Below, piece by piece: positions 40,674 to 52,803 of a stretch of DNA of 64,000 nt (the first letter of the stretch is position 1; each line of letters starts with the position of its first letter). The position numbers and the translations under genes were made by a program. Source of the stretch: Octopus vulgaris (taxonomy: Eukaryota). The stretch is from contig OX597820.1 of assembly GCA_951406725.2 (NCBI GenBank), forward strand, positions 115,320,001-115,384,000. The letters run 5' to 3'. The notes under the pieces were generated by a model. It was not told the origin of the DNA, searched no databases, and was given only the letters and a program-made list of their open reading frames with translations.

Positions 40674-41239
40674 CGAGGGTGAGTCAAAAAGTAATGCTAT
40701 TTTGTTTAGGACAGGTATAATTACCAACACAGGAACATGTATCATACATCAAAGTGAAGCTGATCCTCTGTGGATCACATCCCTACATCTCAACATAGTC
40801 ACCGTTTATCTCAATAGCAATGTTCCACCTTCAAATGAGAGCATGTATCCCTGTCCCGTAAAATTCTGTTGACTGTTCTTTGAGCCACTTCTTCACTACA
40901 GTTTTCAGTTCCTCGTCACCGGAATAATTTAGCACCTTCAGACTATCATCTCTTCGGCCCCATGAAAGAGGGTTTGAGAGGCAAATCATTCCAGTGACGA
41001 GGAAGTGAAAACTGTAGTGAAGAAGTGGTTCAAACAACAGACAACAGAATTTTACAGGGCAGGGATACATGCTCTCATTCGAAGGTGGAACATTGCTATT
41101 GAGAGAAACAGTGACTATGTTGAGAAGTAGGGATGTGATCCACAGAGAACCAGCTTCATTTTGATGTATGATACATGTTCCTGTGTTGGTAATTATGCCT
41201 GTCCTAAACAAAATGGCATTACTTTTTGACTCACCCTCG
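40674..41239. mobile_element. Mariner-derived fold-back element with TA TSD
   Basis: TA|CGAGGGTGAGTCAAAAAGTAATG..CATTACTTTTTGACTCACCCTCG|TA; ~250-bp arms; LAPSDYHLFGPMKEGLRG..RWNIAIERNSDYVEK* transposase tail. Confidence 0.92.
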
Positions 41240-41666
41240 TAGATGCAGGTATAGCTGTAGAACTTTGTTTCCCAACCACATAGTTCCAAGTTCAATCCCA
41301 CTGCATGGCACCTTGGGCAACTGTTTTTTGTTTTTTTTTTGGTGGGGCTGACCAAATCTTTGAGTGGATTTGATAAACAGAAACTGAAAAAAGCCTGTTC
41401 TACATGTGTGTTTGTGTGTGTGCATGTATTTGACCCCCATTACACCTCTTGACAACTGGTGTTGGTTTGTTTACATCCCTAACCCTAACTTAGCAGTTCA
41501 GCACAAGACACCAACAGAATAAATACCAGGTTTTGAAGAAAAGGTGCTGGGGTCAATTTGTTTGACTAAAAAGTCTTCAAGGTGGTGCCCCAGAATGGCC
41601 AGAATCAAACAACTGAAACAAGAAGGTAAAAGAGAATGTAACAGAATCCACAAAGCCATACGATAC

Positions 41667-41854
41667 CTTCTGCCACGACTAACTTCAACGACATCTCCAA
41701 CACTCAGAGGAATTCTGGCTTCGTCACTACAAGGAATATTGTAAACCACACGGCAACCCTTGCTGAACGGAAACCAATAACCAGAGTAGTTTTGGACAAT
41801 ATCCAGCAGAACAACACGTTCTTTCTTTTGAGCCTTTTGAATGAGTTGCTCCAC
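41667..41854 (-). CDS. ZDHHC6: ZDHHC6 exon, SH3-like domain (VEQLIQKAQKKERVVLLDIVQNYSGYWFPFSKGCRVVYNIPCSDEARIPLSVGDVVEVSRGR)
   Basis: cag/gtatcg; EQLxQKAxK..YSG..PCxxExRI as in ZDHHC6. Confidence 0.93.
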
Positions 41855-42036
41855 CTGGTCAGAAGAGAAGAACAAAATGGAGGCACAATATTAAATGGAT
41901 GTCACTGGCAAAGACAACTTTCACCCTTTAACATTCAGGTTTCTCTGTCAAACGTAACACTTATTTATTTATATTGCTTCGAATTAATCATGCAATATCT
42001 CGTAGCTTCAAAAGTTTGACGATTTGATTGTTATAC

Positions 42037-42492
42037 GTTATTTACATTTGACGGATATTTGTCCTCATCTTGTTTGTTGTTAACACAACGTTTCAGCTGA
42101 TACACCCTCCAGCCTTCATCAGGTGTCTTGGGAAAATTTTGAACCTGGGTTCTCATTACTAAGGTATTTTTCGATGTTATTATTATAATTATTATTCAGG
42201 CCACTACTTGGAATTGAACTACGCCATATGCCCATGGACATATGGTGTAGTGGTTAAGAGCATGGGCTACTAACCCCAGATTCCAAGCTCAATTCCAGGC
42301 AGTGACCTGAATAATAATAACATTGAAAAATACCTTAGTAATGAGAACCCAGGTTCAAAATCTCCCCAAGACACCTGATGAAGGCTGGAGGGCACATCAG
42401 CCGAAACATAGTGTTAACAACAAACAAGATGAGGACAAATATCTGTCAAATGTAAATAATGTACATAATTCTCATCTCTTAAATATAAAACT
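42037..42492 (+). mobile_element. Non-autonomous tRNA-headed Penelope-like hairpin element with an HHR on each arm (42082-42127 on -, 42370-42415 on +)
   Basis: Same family as 11777-12890; apex CCATGG at 42232-42237; A box TGGTGTAGTGG; inserted into a TTAA MITE. Confidence 0.85.
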
Positions 42493-43049
42493 GATGTAAT
42501 TGTTATGTTTAGAATAATATTATAGGGTAGATGTGAGGGATCAGATCTGGCTATTTGAAACACAAGACATGTGGAATATTTTGGTCAGATATGGCAGGTT
42601 TAAATGCTGAATAGTTAAGAGTCATGGGTAAAAAAATAAAAAATTTAGGCACAGGAGTGGCTGTGTGCTAAGTAGCTTGCTTCTCCACCACATAGTTCTG
42701 GGTTCAGTCCCACTATGTAGCACCTTGGACAAGTGTCTTGTACTATAGCCTCGGGCCGACAAAGCCTTGTGAGTAAATTTGGTAGACAGAAACTGAAAGA
42801 AGCCCGTCGTATATATATATATATATATGTTTGTGTGTCTGTGTTTTTCCCCTTCAACATCACTTGACAACTGATGCTGGTGTGTTTATGTCCCCGTAAA
42901 AAAGACCGATAGAATAAGTGGTAGGCTTACAAAGAATAAGTCCTGGGGTCGATTTGCTTGACTAAAGGCAGTGCTCCAGCCTCGGAAGGGAACTTTCTAG
43001 GTGCAATCCTATAGTCATTCATGAGTGAAAGGGGTCTCTACCCTCTACT

Positions 43050-43645
43050 TTATGTGTGTGTGTGTGTGTGTGTATGTGTATGCATATGTGTGTGTGTGTA
43101 TGCATGCTCAATGTATAAATATGCCTGTGTGTATTTTTGTGTGTGTGTATACTTGCTTGTATGTATAAATATGTATGTGTGTGTGTATGCATGCTTGTAT
43201 GTATAAATATGCATGTTTTTGTGTGTGTCTGTATGCTTGTATGTATAAATGTGTGTGTGTGTGTGTGTGTGTATGCATGCTTGTAAGTATAAATATACGT
43301 CTGTATGCTTGCGTGTGTGAGTGCATGCTTGTATGTATAAATATGTGTGTGTGTGTGTTTGTGTGTGTGTATGCATGCTTGTATGTATAAATGTGTGTGT
43401 GCATGCTTGTAAGTATAAATATGTGTGTGTTTGTGTGTGTATGCATGCTTGTATGTATAAATATGTGTGTGTGTGTGTGTGTGTGTGTATGCATGCTTGT
43501 ATGTATAAATATGCATGCGTGTGTGTATGCTTGCTTGTATGTATAAATATGTGTCTGTGTGTCTGTGTGTGTGTATGCATGCTTGTATGTATGCATGTGT
43601 GTGTGTATGCATGCTTGTATCTATAAATGTGTGTGTGTGTGTGTG
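43050..43645. repeat. Minisatellite of (TG)n + ATGCATGCTTGTATGTATAAAT units
   Basis: Direct reading; variable TG length per unit. Confidence 0.93.
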
Positions 43646-44239
43646 TACCTTTATCTTGATGTAATGTTTCTAAATAAGCATCACCATCATCCAAGTGAGG
43701 TTGTTTGTTTCCGGTCTTCCATGAAAAACAAGTCTGGCCATAAGAGGGGGGGGTATTACCTTGCTTGGAAACAGGTCGGGGGGTGGGTGGCAACAGGAAG
43801 GACATCCAGCCTCAACAAATTCCATCTGACCCATGCAAGCAGGGAAAAGTAGATGCTAAAATGATGATGATGACGATGATGGCATTCAACTGTTTCCATT
43901 TATCCAACGGTCCAGTAACTTCAATAAACATGACAGTAAAATGGTAACACTAGCAGCAGCAGCAGCCGTCCAAGAATTTGGACCTGGAGACCTCCATTTC
44001 CAGCGACTTCGAGGGCCACCTCCCAGTGGTGTCAGGCGTCAACAAAGAGCCCTCGACTACAACAGGACGATCAAAGTTGCTTTTTTTTTCCAAGGTCTGG
44101 GGTCTCTCGCCCCTAAGCCCTTGACCATCACCTAATCACCCTTACCCATCTTGTTGCTTAACAACAACAACAACAGCAGCAGCAGTGACGACAACAACAA
44201 CAACAACAACAATAAGTAAAGAGGAGCAGAATCCCTTAC

Positions 44240-44401
44240 CGTTAACGTGTATTGATTGCAGGAATCAATGACGGGCCAAGAGATGCCATTCGACTTGATT
44301 TCATCGGTCGGCCAGAAAACGAGTTTCAGATTGTTTTTCCATCCTAAATTATACGGGTAGATGAATTCCGATTCAGATGGGTCCCTTTCACGAGATTTTG
44401 C
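44240..44401 (-). CDS. ZDHHC6: ZDHHC6 exon (AKSRERDPSESEFIYPYNLGWKNNLKLVFWPTDEIKSNGISWPVIDSCNQYTLT)
   Basis: cag/gtaagg; PYxLGxxxNxxxVF PaCCT motif, WPVxxxCxQYxLT. Confidence 0.94.
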
Positions 44402-45095
44402 CTGAGAAGAGGAGAACCAATGACATGTGTCAGACAAGAACCTTAAAAATCAATTTGTCAAAAATATCTCAGTTTAAAGGGATGAATTATCCAGGTGGTT
44501 ACCATGGTAACTCTTGATTTACCCAACAAATTATGTTGTATGACAAACTATAAAAATTAAAGAGAAATTTGATGATATACCAGTCTCCGTATTCTTTATA
44601 ATTATTTGAAATATAGAGACACACAGACCTTCAACCCGTGCCTCGTTAGATAAGTGCCAACACACGAAACTCTCAGACCTTGAGTCACTCCGTTGTTTCT
44701 GCTAAATGTTAACAAATATATATTACAGAATTGTAAAAATGGCACTGTATAAAAAAACCCATTAGCACCGAAAGCACAAAGGAAGTTTGTTTACATATAA
44801 AAAACAAACACAAACTATTATAGTTCTTAAATTTGACAGGAAAAGGGAGGCTGATTCGCTGGTGTAAAGGTAATACACTTAGTCGTGTGAACAATGGGAT
44901 GTAGGTTCGACTCCCACACGAATAGGAGAGCCTTCTTTTTTCTGTCGAGGGCTTATATGCCCCGTTATTAAACTATTTTCCTTAGTCATTGCACGGTGAT
45001 CACTATAAGCTTTAAGCTTATATAAAAATACCATCATTATTATTTAGAGGATTGTAAAAACGGCACCGAATAAAAAAACCATTTGCAACAAAAGC

Positions 45096-45138
<43 letters not shown>

Positions 45139-45382
45139 TTGCGGCCAAAATGTTCAGAACGGTATTGTTTTCGTGAGAAAAGTAGATATAAGTTTTTATC
45201 AAAGTTGTTTTATATTCTATAATTTTCACAGACAATAAATACAATATTAATTGTTATTGTCTGAGATTTTGGTGTAATTTGAGAGGATAATACAAAAGTT
45301 ATAGATGATTTAGTGATACCTGTAATTCAAAAGGGTAGCCTTGTCCCAATCTATGACACACTGAATCTCCCAGGGAACTACA

Positions 45383-45608
45383 TTAACCCTTTTGTTACTG
45401 TATTTTATTTTGAGATGCTCTGTGTGTCTTTCAGTTACTTTTAAATATTACAAAGAATTTAGTAAAATAACTTCGTTATCATTAAGCTAGAGTTAGGAAC
45501 ATAAATTGTGACTAAGGTATGGTGGAAGATTTTAATTCAAAACTTATGAAAACAAGACATTTGTACTACACAGCCAGGTTTCAGCCAGGTTGGTATCAAA
45601 AGGGTTAA
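45383..45608 (+). mobile_element. TTAA-flanked MITE family B
   Basis: TTAACCCTTTTGTTAC..GTATCAAAAGGGTTAA; copies at 17140-17350 and 54799-55022(-). Confidence 0.8.
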
Positions 45609-45971
45609 GAGTATACTTGTCTGTGGAACTTTCAGCCACTTTTACATTAATTTCAAATCAACTGGAACACTTGTCATCATAACCAAAAGAGATCCAGAGA
45701 CAATCCCTCAATGGGCTTCAGTACAGTTTCCATCAGTCCAATTCACGCCCAAAGTATGAGCCAACCAAAGGAAAACAGAAAATGAGATTTGCCTGAATGC
45801 CACACAGTGAGACCAAACCTGGGACCTTGGAGTTACGAAGCAAACTTCCAAAGACAGAGTCACACCTGTCTCTATAATTGCTCTTAATCTGTTTTTCTGG
45901 CTCAGTTTTGCTAACAGGTTTCTGTCTTACCATTCCTCTGATTTACTAATTCTTCATAATTTATTACTTAC

Positions 45972-46025
45972 CTTTTCAATAATCCAAGACTCAATGGCAG
46001 TTTCATTCTTCAGAACTTCATGAAA
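45972..46025 (-). CDS. ZDHHC6: ZDHHC6 exon (FHEVLKNETAIESWIIEK)
   Basis: cag/gtaagt, 54 nt; NxTxIESWI (TTxE-type) motif. Confidence 0.93.
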
Positions 46026-46622
46026 CTGTGGAAAGGAAATGTTAAAAAATTAATAATGTGACACATAAAAAGCAGCATTCGAGGGTGGTTGTTGCCAATG
46101 CCACCTGACTGGCCCTCATGCCAGTGGCACTTAAAAAGCACCCACTACACCCTCGGAGTGGTTGGCATTAGGAATGTCATCCAGCTGTAGAAACATTGCC
46201 AGATCAGATTGAGCCTGGTGCAGCCTCCTGACTCACCAGTCCTCAGTCAAACCGTCCAACCCATGCTAGCATGGAAAATGGATGTTAAACAACAAGGATA
46301 ATGATGAATTAATGATGTTCCCTGTGGGCAAGCCCCAATACACCTCCCACACTATCTACTTCTCTCTCTCTCTCTCTCACCTTCCTCTCCTTCCTTGTCC
46401 TACTGAGAGAGCCCAAGTACCTCCTCTATACTAAGATGACCATCCCTGTCCCTCTGTCAGCCTCTGACCCCATGCCAGGCACACAGCCACTCCCCTAAGT
46501 TCCACTCCCTCTATCAACCAAGAGGTCTTTGTCCTGCAAATTTCTTCATCTTCATTATTGCTCTCAACCAGTCTTCTCTATGGAAAGGGCCATAGTTCAT
46601 AGATCATCACTGAACTAGAAGC

Positions 46623-46659
<37 letters not shown>

Positions 46660-48087
46660 AGTCAACCTTTCTCACTGGCCAACAGTATGACAGAAACAGT
46701 AACTTGACCACCTCTGCTGTAGCTGGGCTGTTTCCAGGAACAAGTACCTAGTCTCCCCCCAACACACACAGCACCTCTCCACCCAGGGATACACAATGAA
46801 AGAAGAACAAGTCAATACATTCACAGCATCATGGTGCTTCAGAGTATGCCAGAGATTGGTTAAATATAACTGGACATATCTGCTTTAGGATCCCTCTCTC
46901 TGGATTATCCATAGGGGCTTTACTCCTTTGGCCCTTTTTTATAAATGCCCAATAAATTACAGCCCTCATCTTTAGTTTTTTCATAATGAGAAGCTCAACA
47001 CAGAACAAGAAGCATACATATACATGCACACACTCACACACAGACACATAAATATACCACATATGTACAAGTGTATGCAGGAAGTACAATCTGTGAAGTG
47101 GAGGGTCCTTGACCCCTCTTGAGGACTATGAGTGCAAATAGAAACTTTTTGTGGGTGTGAGTGCTCCTAGCTCAACATTATAAACACACAAATATATAGA
47201 GAAGAGTTGTGTCCCACCCACATGTGACAACACACTTTTCACCCACTTGACCCTAAGAAATCGAACTACATCTCTTCTAATTGCATCTTTCTCTTCCTCA
47301 CATTTCCTTTTCATAAATTACGATTGTTTTCCAATCCCCTTCCTTGCCCTCACTGCCCCATTCACTGTATTGCCGAACACCCCAACACCCACACCCAGGT
47401 TCTACGTTCATATTCTTCTTACTTGTGAGTAATACCCTAGCACTACACCATCTCGCTTCTGCTCTCTCTCCCCTTCTCATGTTTTTCCTCTGATTAGGCA
47501 ACCAAGTATCTCCTTTACATCAGCACACTTGTTTCTAACCTCTCTCTCTCTCTCACTGGGTAACCATGTACCTCCTCTATAGCAGGACACCTATTTCTGC
47601 CTCTCTATTTCCCTGTTACACACTAACCTTTCATCATTTGATACTGGATCACCTCCTCTAATGAGCTCTCTGTTGTGGCAAGACACCTGCTTCCGTCTCT
47701 CTGTCACATTCTAACCTTTTAATCTCTGACACAAGTTCCCCTCCTCAAATGCCCCTGTCCCTCTCATAATTCCTTGTCTTGTGAGTTACTTGGTTACCCT
47801 GCCAGTGTTGGTGCCACTTACAAAGCATCCAGTCCACACTGTAAAGTGGTTAGCATCTGGAAGGGCAACCAGCTGTAAAAACATTGCCAAAACTGACCTC
47901 GCCTGTGCTGGTGCCACGTAAAAAGCACTGAGTCCACTCTACAGAGTGGTTGGTGTTAGGAAGGGCATCCAGCCGTAAAATCCCTGCCAAAACGGTAGCC
48001 TTGGGTAGATTTTCTACCAGGGCCAGCTCCTATCAACAGTCCTACCCACGAATGCATGGAAGATGGACATTAAACAATGATGATGAT

Positions 48088-48136
<49 letters not shown>

Positions 48137-48163
48137 ATATGTATATATATGTGTGTGTGTGTG

Positions 48164-48196
<33 letters not shown>

Positions 48197-48199
<3 letters not shown>

Positions 48200-48489
48200 A
48201 CCGACCAGTCCATCAGATGTAGTTACACATCGCTGGGCACAATGCGTTCGCATTGTTTTAGCCTTCGAATGACACCACCCCGCTGGCTAAGCGAGCAGGC
48301 CAACAGAAGAAAGAGTGGGAGGAAGAGTGGTGAAAGAGTACAGCAGGGATCACCCCCCCCCCCCCTGCCGGAGCCTCCTGGAGCTTTTAGGTGTTTTCGC
48401 TCAATAAACACTCACAACGCCCGGTCTGGGAATCGAAACCGCGATCCTACGACCGCGAGTCCGCTGCCCTAACCACTTGTCCATTGCAC

Positions 48490-48492
<3 letters not shown>
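48197..48492 (-). mobile_element. tRNA-derived SINE, third family
   Basis: Minus: GAGGTGCAATGGACAAGTGGTTAGGGCAGCGGACTCGCGGTCG..GGTTTCGATTCCC; CpG-rich, flanked by microsatellites. Confidence 0.75.
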
Positions 48493-48532
<40 letters not shown>

Positions 48533-48671
48533 AATAAGAGATAATGGTGTCATTGAGACCCAAAGGTGTCAGGTAATGCTGAATAAGTGCTATAGACAGA
48601 CTATAGTTAAGTTCCAGATTTGGTAATTTTGCAAATAAAGGGGTTCAACGTTGGTTCTCTGTCAGCGTGTG

Positions 48672-49597
48672 TATATAAGAATATTTTGCGTAATAAGATA
48701 AAAAAAACCAAGGCTGTGTAGATATTAGATATCTGTGTTTATAGATAGAAGGTCATACAGCCGTTTCTCGGATATTTATTAATTATATCCCTTCATCAGA
48801 GATGGTGTGAGAGGATAGTTAAGTCATAGTTTAGATGTGATACAAAATAGAGAGCGAGGTGGAGGAAAGAAAATAGATGTAAGATATGTATGGGTATTGA
48901 AGTTGTAAATCCATTTTTTAGGCATAATGGTATATATGCAATATTCCAATATCCTTTGAGTAAAGTCCAAAATTCCAGCAGAGTTTAATATGAGTCATTC
49001 CAAATATAGAGTTTATAAGCAATGTAAGATTCCCTTAGTGAGATCCTGCAGATTTTTAAACTTGGTCGTTTTCTTTCTCTTTCTTCACTCCTCTCTTCCT
49101 GTTTTCGATTTGACCTTACTAATACACTCCCTATTTCTAGGTCACTTTAAATAAAAACCTTTGACTCTGCAACACTGTATATAAATTCCCTACTGGGAAT
49201 GACCAAGTTTAAAAATCGGCTGGTTCTCATTCATAAGGGAATCTTACATTGCTTATAAACTCTATATTTGGAAGGACTCATATTAAACTCTGCTGGAATT
49301 TTGGACTTTACTCAAAGGATATTGGAATATTGCATACATACCATTATGCCTAAAAAATGGATTTACAACTTCAATATCCATACATATCTTACATCTATTT
49401 TCTTTCCTCCACCTCACTCCCTATTTTGTATCACATCTAAACCAACTATGGCTTAATTTTTCCTCTCACACCATCTCCGATGAAGGGATATAATTAATGA
49501 ATATCCTAGAAACGGCTGTATGACCTTCTATCTATAAACGCTCTAATATCTACACAGCCTTGGTTTTTTATCTTATTACGCAAAAAATTCTTATATA
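48672..49597. mobile_element. Fold-back Penelope-like element, ~400-bp arms, HHR-like core in each arm
   Basis: Arms 48672-49070 / 49198-49597; C(T/C)GATGA-AGGGATA..TATCC-GAAA-CGGCTG-TA. Confidence 0.8.
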
Positions 49598-49635
49598 TGT
49601 ATATGAATATATATATATATATATCTATCTATCTA

Positions 49636-49702
<67 letters not shown>

Positions 49703-49715
49703 ATATATATGTATG

Positions 49716-49788
<73 letters not shown>

Positions 49789-50695
49789 GTATATATATAT
49801 GTATATATATACATACAGAAGATGTGAGGAATTTAGGTCAAGGTAACCCAAACTAATAAGTATGCATTCTGAGTGCTCCAAATGGTGTGTAACCAAAATC
49901 CCATTTAGAGCAATGGCTGGAGTTGTGGCCGTGAGAATGTTCTGTTTGAAAACAACTGGCGGTTTCCCATTGAATCAGTAATTATTAGTCAAAGTAGTGA
50001 GGAAGGCAAACAATTAGTCACAGCAGAACTACGACAATTAAATTCATTTAATTCAATCTACTATAACAATACTCTTGTCTTTTTTCTTCTCTCCTCATAG
50101 AATTTTTTGATATTAAAGTTATTATCTATTATTATACATCTGTTCTTTTTTATAAACATGACTCTGTTCTCAAATACCTGACACACCCTGTGTATGTGTG
50201 CATATATATATATTAGTTACTCAACTGTACAAAAATTACGTCATGTATAGAATGGTGTGATGTCAGGTCAGAATAATAAAAGAGGAAACTACATGAAAAG
50301 ATCTGACTTGCTTTTCTATTAAACTTAACATTTTATGAATCTGAGTCTGTTTAGTTGTTAACAGCTTCAAGAAATACTATTTTAAGAAATAAAAGAAAAT
50401 ATACCCAGCCACAACAATAAGGGCTACATACATACATACATACATAGAAACAAACATACATGCATACATAGAAACATACATACACACATACATACATGCA
50501 TACACACACACATACATATATACACATAAATACACACACACACACACACAGATACATACATACATAGCATACATACATAGATGCTCACAGATATACATAT
50601 ATACACACACATACATACATACATAGATGCATACACACACATACATATACATATATACACATACACACACACACACACACATACATACATACATA

Positions 50696-50931
50696 CAGGG
50701 TGGCCCAAAAGTAGTTTTACAGGTATCACGTAGGCACTTTAAATCTCTTTTAAAACATTTTATTACATTTAAATTTCCATCCTACAAACTGAAAAGGGAG
50801 CTTGACAAAATTAACTAAATTAGCATAGAATAATGGTTTCATACTTTTTTTATAATTAAGATCTAATCGGTTAATGTATGGATGCGAAAGAGACAGTTGA
50901 ATAACTGTAAGCCTAGTTTTGGGCCACCCTG
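50696..50931. mobile_element. Tc1/mariner-type MITE
   Basis: TA|CAGGGTGGCCCAAAA..TTTTGGGCCACCCTG terminal inverted repeats. Confidence 0.85.
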
Positions 50932-50964
50932 CATATGAACACAAACGCCACAGTCGTTTCTTAC

Positions 50965-51096
50965 CTGAATACAAAACAACATTCCGACAGCAACAATAAC
51001 TCCAACGGCAAGTCCAATTGAAAAAACAACAATAATGAATCCAAGAATGCTCAGCTGTACCATTGGTTCACCATTCATGTGATAAAGGTAATAAGG
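50965..51096 (-). CDS. ZDHHC6: ZDHHC6 exon, TM4 (PYYLYHMNGEPMVQLSILGFIIVVFSIGLAVGVIVAVGMLFCIQ)
   Basis: cag/gtaaga; GLAxGxxxAVGMLFxIQ matches ZDHHC6. Confidence 0.93.
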
Positions 51097-51904
51097 CTGC
51101 AAAGAGAGAAGAGAAAATAATTCACCTTTACTGCCACAAACAATATTACAATTATTATTATTATTATTATTATTCATAGTTTAACGTCTGTTTTCCATGC
51201 TGGCATGGGTTAGACGGTTCGACTAGGGTCTGGGAAGCTTGAGGCTGCACTAGGCCCCAATCTGATCTGGCAGTGTTTCTACAGCTAGACGCCCTTCCTA
51301 ACGCCAACCACTCTGAGAGTATAGTGGGTGCCCTATATGTGCCACCAGCACAAGGGGCCACAGGAGCTGGCATCGACTACGATTGGATGGTGCCTTTCAC
51401 GTGCCACCGGCACAGAAGCCAGTCATAGTGACACTGGCATCGGCCATGTCTGGATGGTGCTTTTTACGTGCTATCAGCACGGGGGTCACAACTACAATTA
51501 CCATTTGATTTGATTTTGATATTGTTGTACTTGACTCAATAGGTGTAGGTTACAGCTGTAGACTCATTTTATTTCCTGGGTCTTCTCAGTCACAGCATAC
51601 CTCCAGAGGTCTCGATCTTTTTTCTCCATTTTTTTATTAATTAAATATATACATATATGTATCATCATCATCATCATTTAATGTCCATTTTCCATGCTGG
51701 CATGGGTTGGACGGTTTGACTGAGGTCTGGAGAGCCAGGAGGCTGCACCAGGTTACAATCTAAACTGGCAATGTTTCTACAGCTAGATTTTCTTCCTAAC
51801 ACCAATCACTCCAAGAGTGTAGCAGATGCTTGTTACGTTCGGATAGTGCTTTTTATGTGCCACTAGCATGGGTGCCAGTCAGGTGGACCTGGCATCTGCT
51901 GTAA

Positions 51905-51917
51905 GTATGTGTATAAA

Positions 51918-51949
<32 letters not shown>

Positions 51950-52134
51950 CATATATATATACATACATACATACATATATATACATACATACATATATAT
52001 ATACATACATACATATATATACATACATACATACATATATATACATACATACATATATATACATACATACATATATATACATACATACATATATATACAT
52101 ACATACATATATATACATACATACATATATATAC

Positions 52135-52167
<33 letters not shown>

Positions 52168-52263
52168 CACATACATACATATATATATATATATACATAC
52201 ATATATATATATACATACATATATATATATACATACATATATATATATACATACATATATATA

Positions 52264-52295
<32 letters not shown>

Positions 52296-52414
52296 CATAT
52301 ATATATATATACATACATACATATATATATACATACATACATATATATATACATACACATATATATATATATACATACATACATACATATACATACATAT
52401 ATACATACATACAT

Positions 52415-52445
<31 letters not shown>

Positions 52446-52496
52446 CATACATACATATATATATATATATACATACATACATATATATATATATAT

Positions 52497-52537
<41 letters not shown>

Positions 52538-52691
52538 TACATACATACATATATATATATATACATAATATATATATACATACATATATATATATATACA
52601 TACATACATATATATATATACATACATACATATATATATATATACATACATACATATATATATATATACATACATACATATATATATATAT

Positions 52692-52736
<45 letters not shown>
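51905..52736. repeat. (TA)n/(CATA)n compound microsatellite
   Basis: Direct reading. Confidence 0.97.
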
Positions 52737-52739
<3 letters not shown>

Positions 52740-52803
52740 TCAGGGTGAGTACTTGATAATTGTAAGCACCTGTATATACCGTTTGGTGGTGTAGGTGGTG
52801 GAG

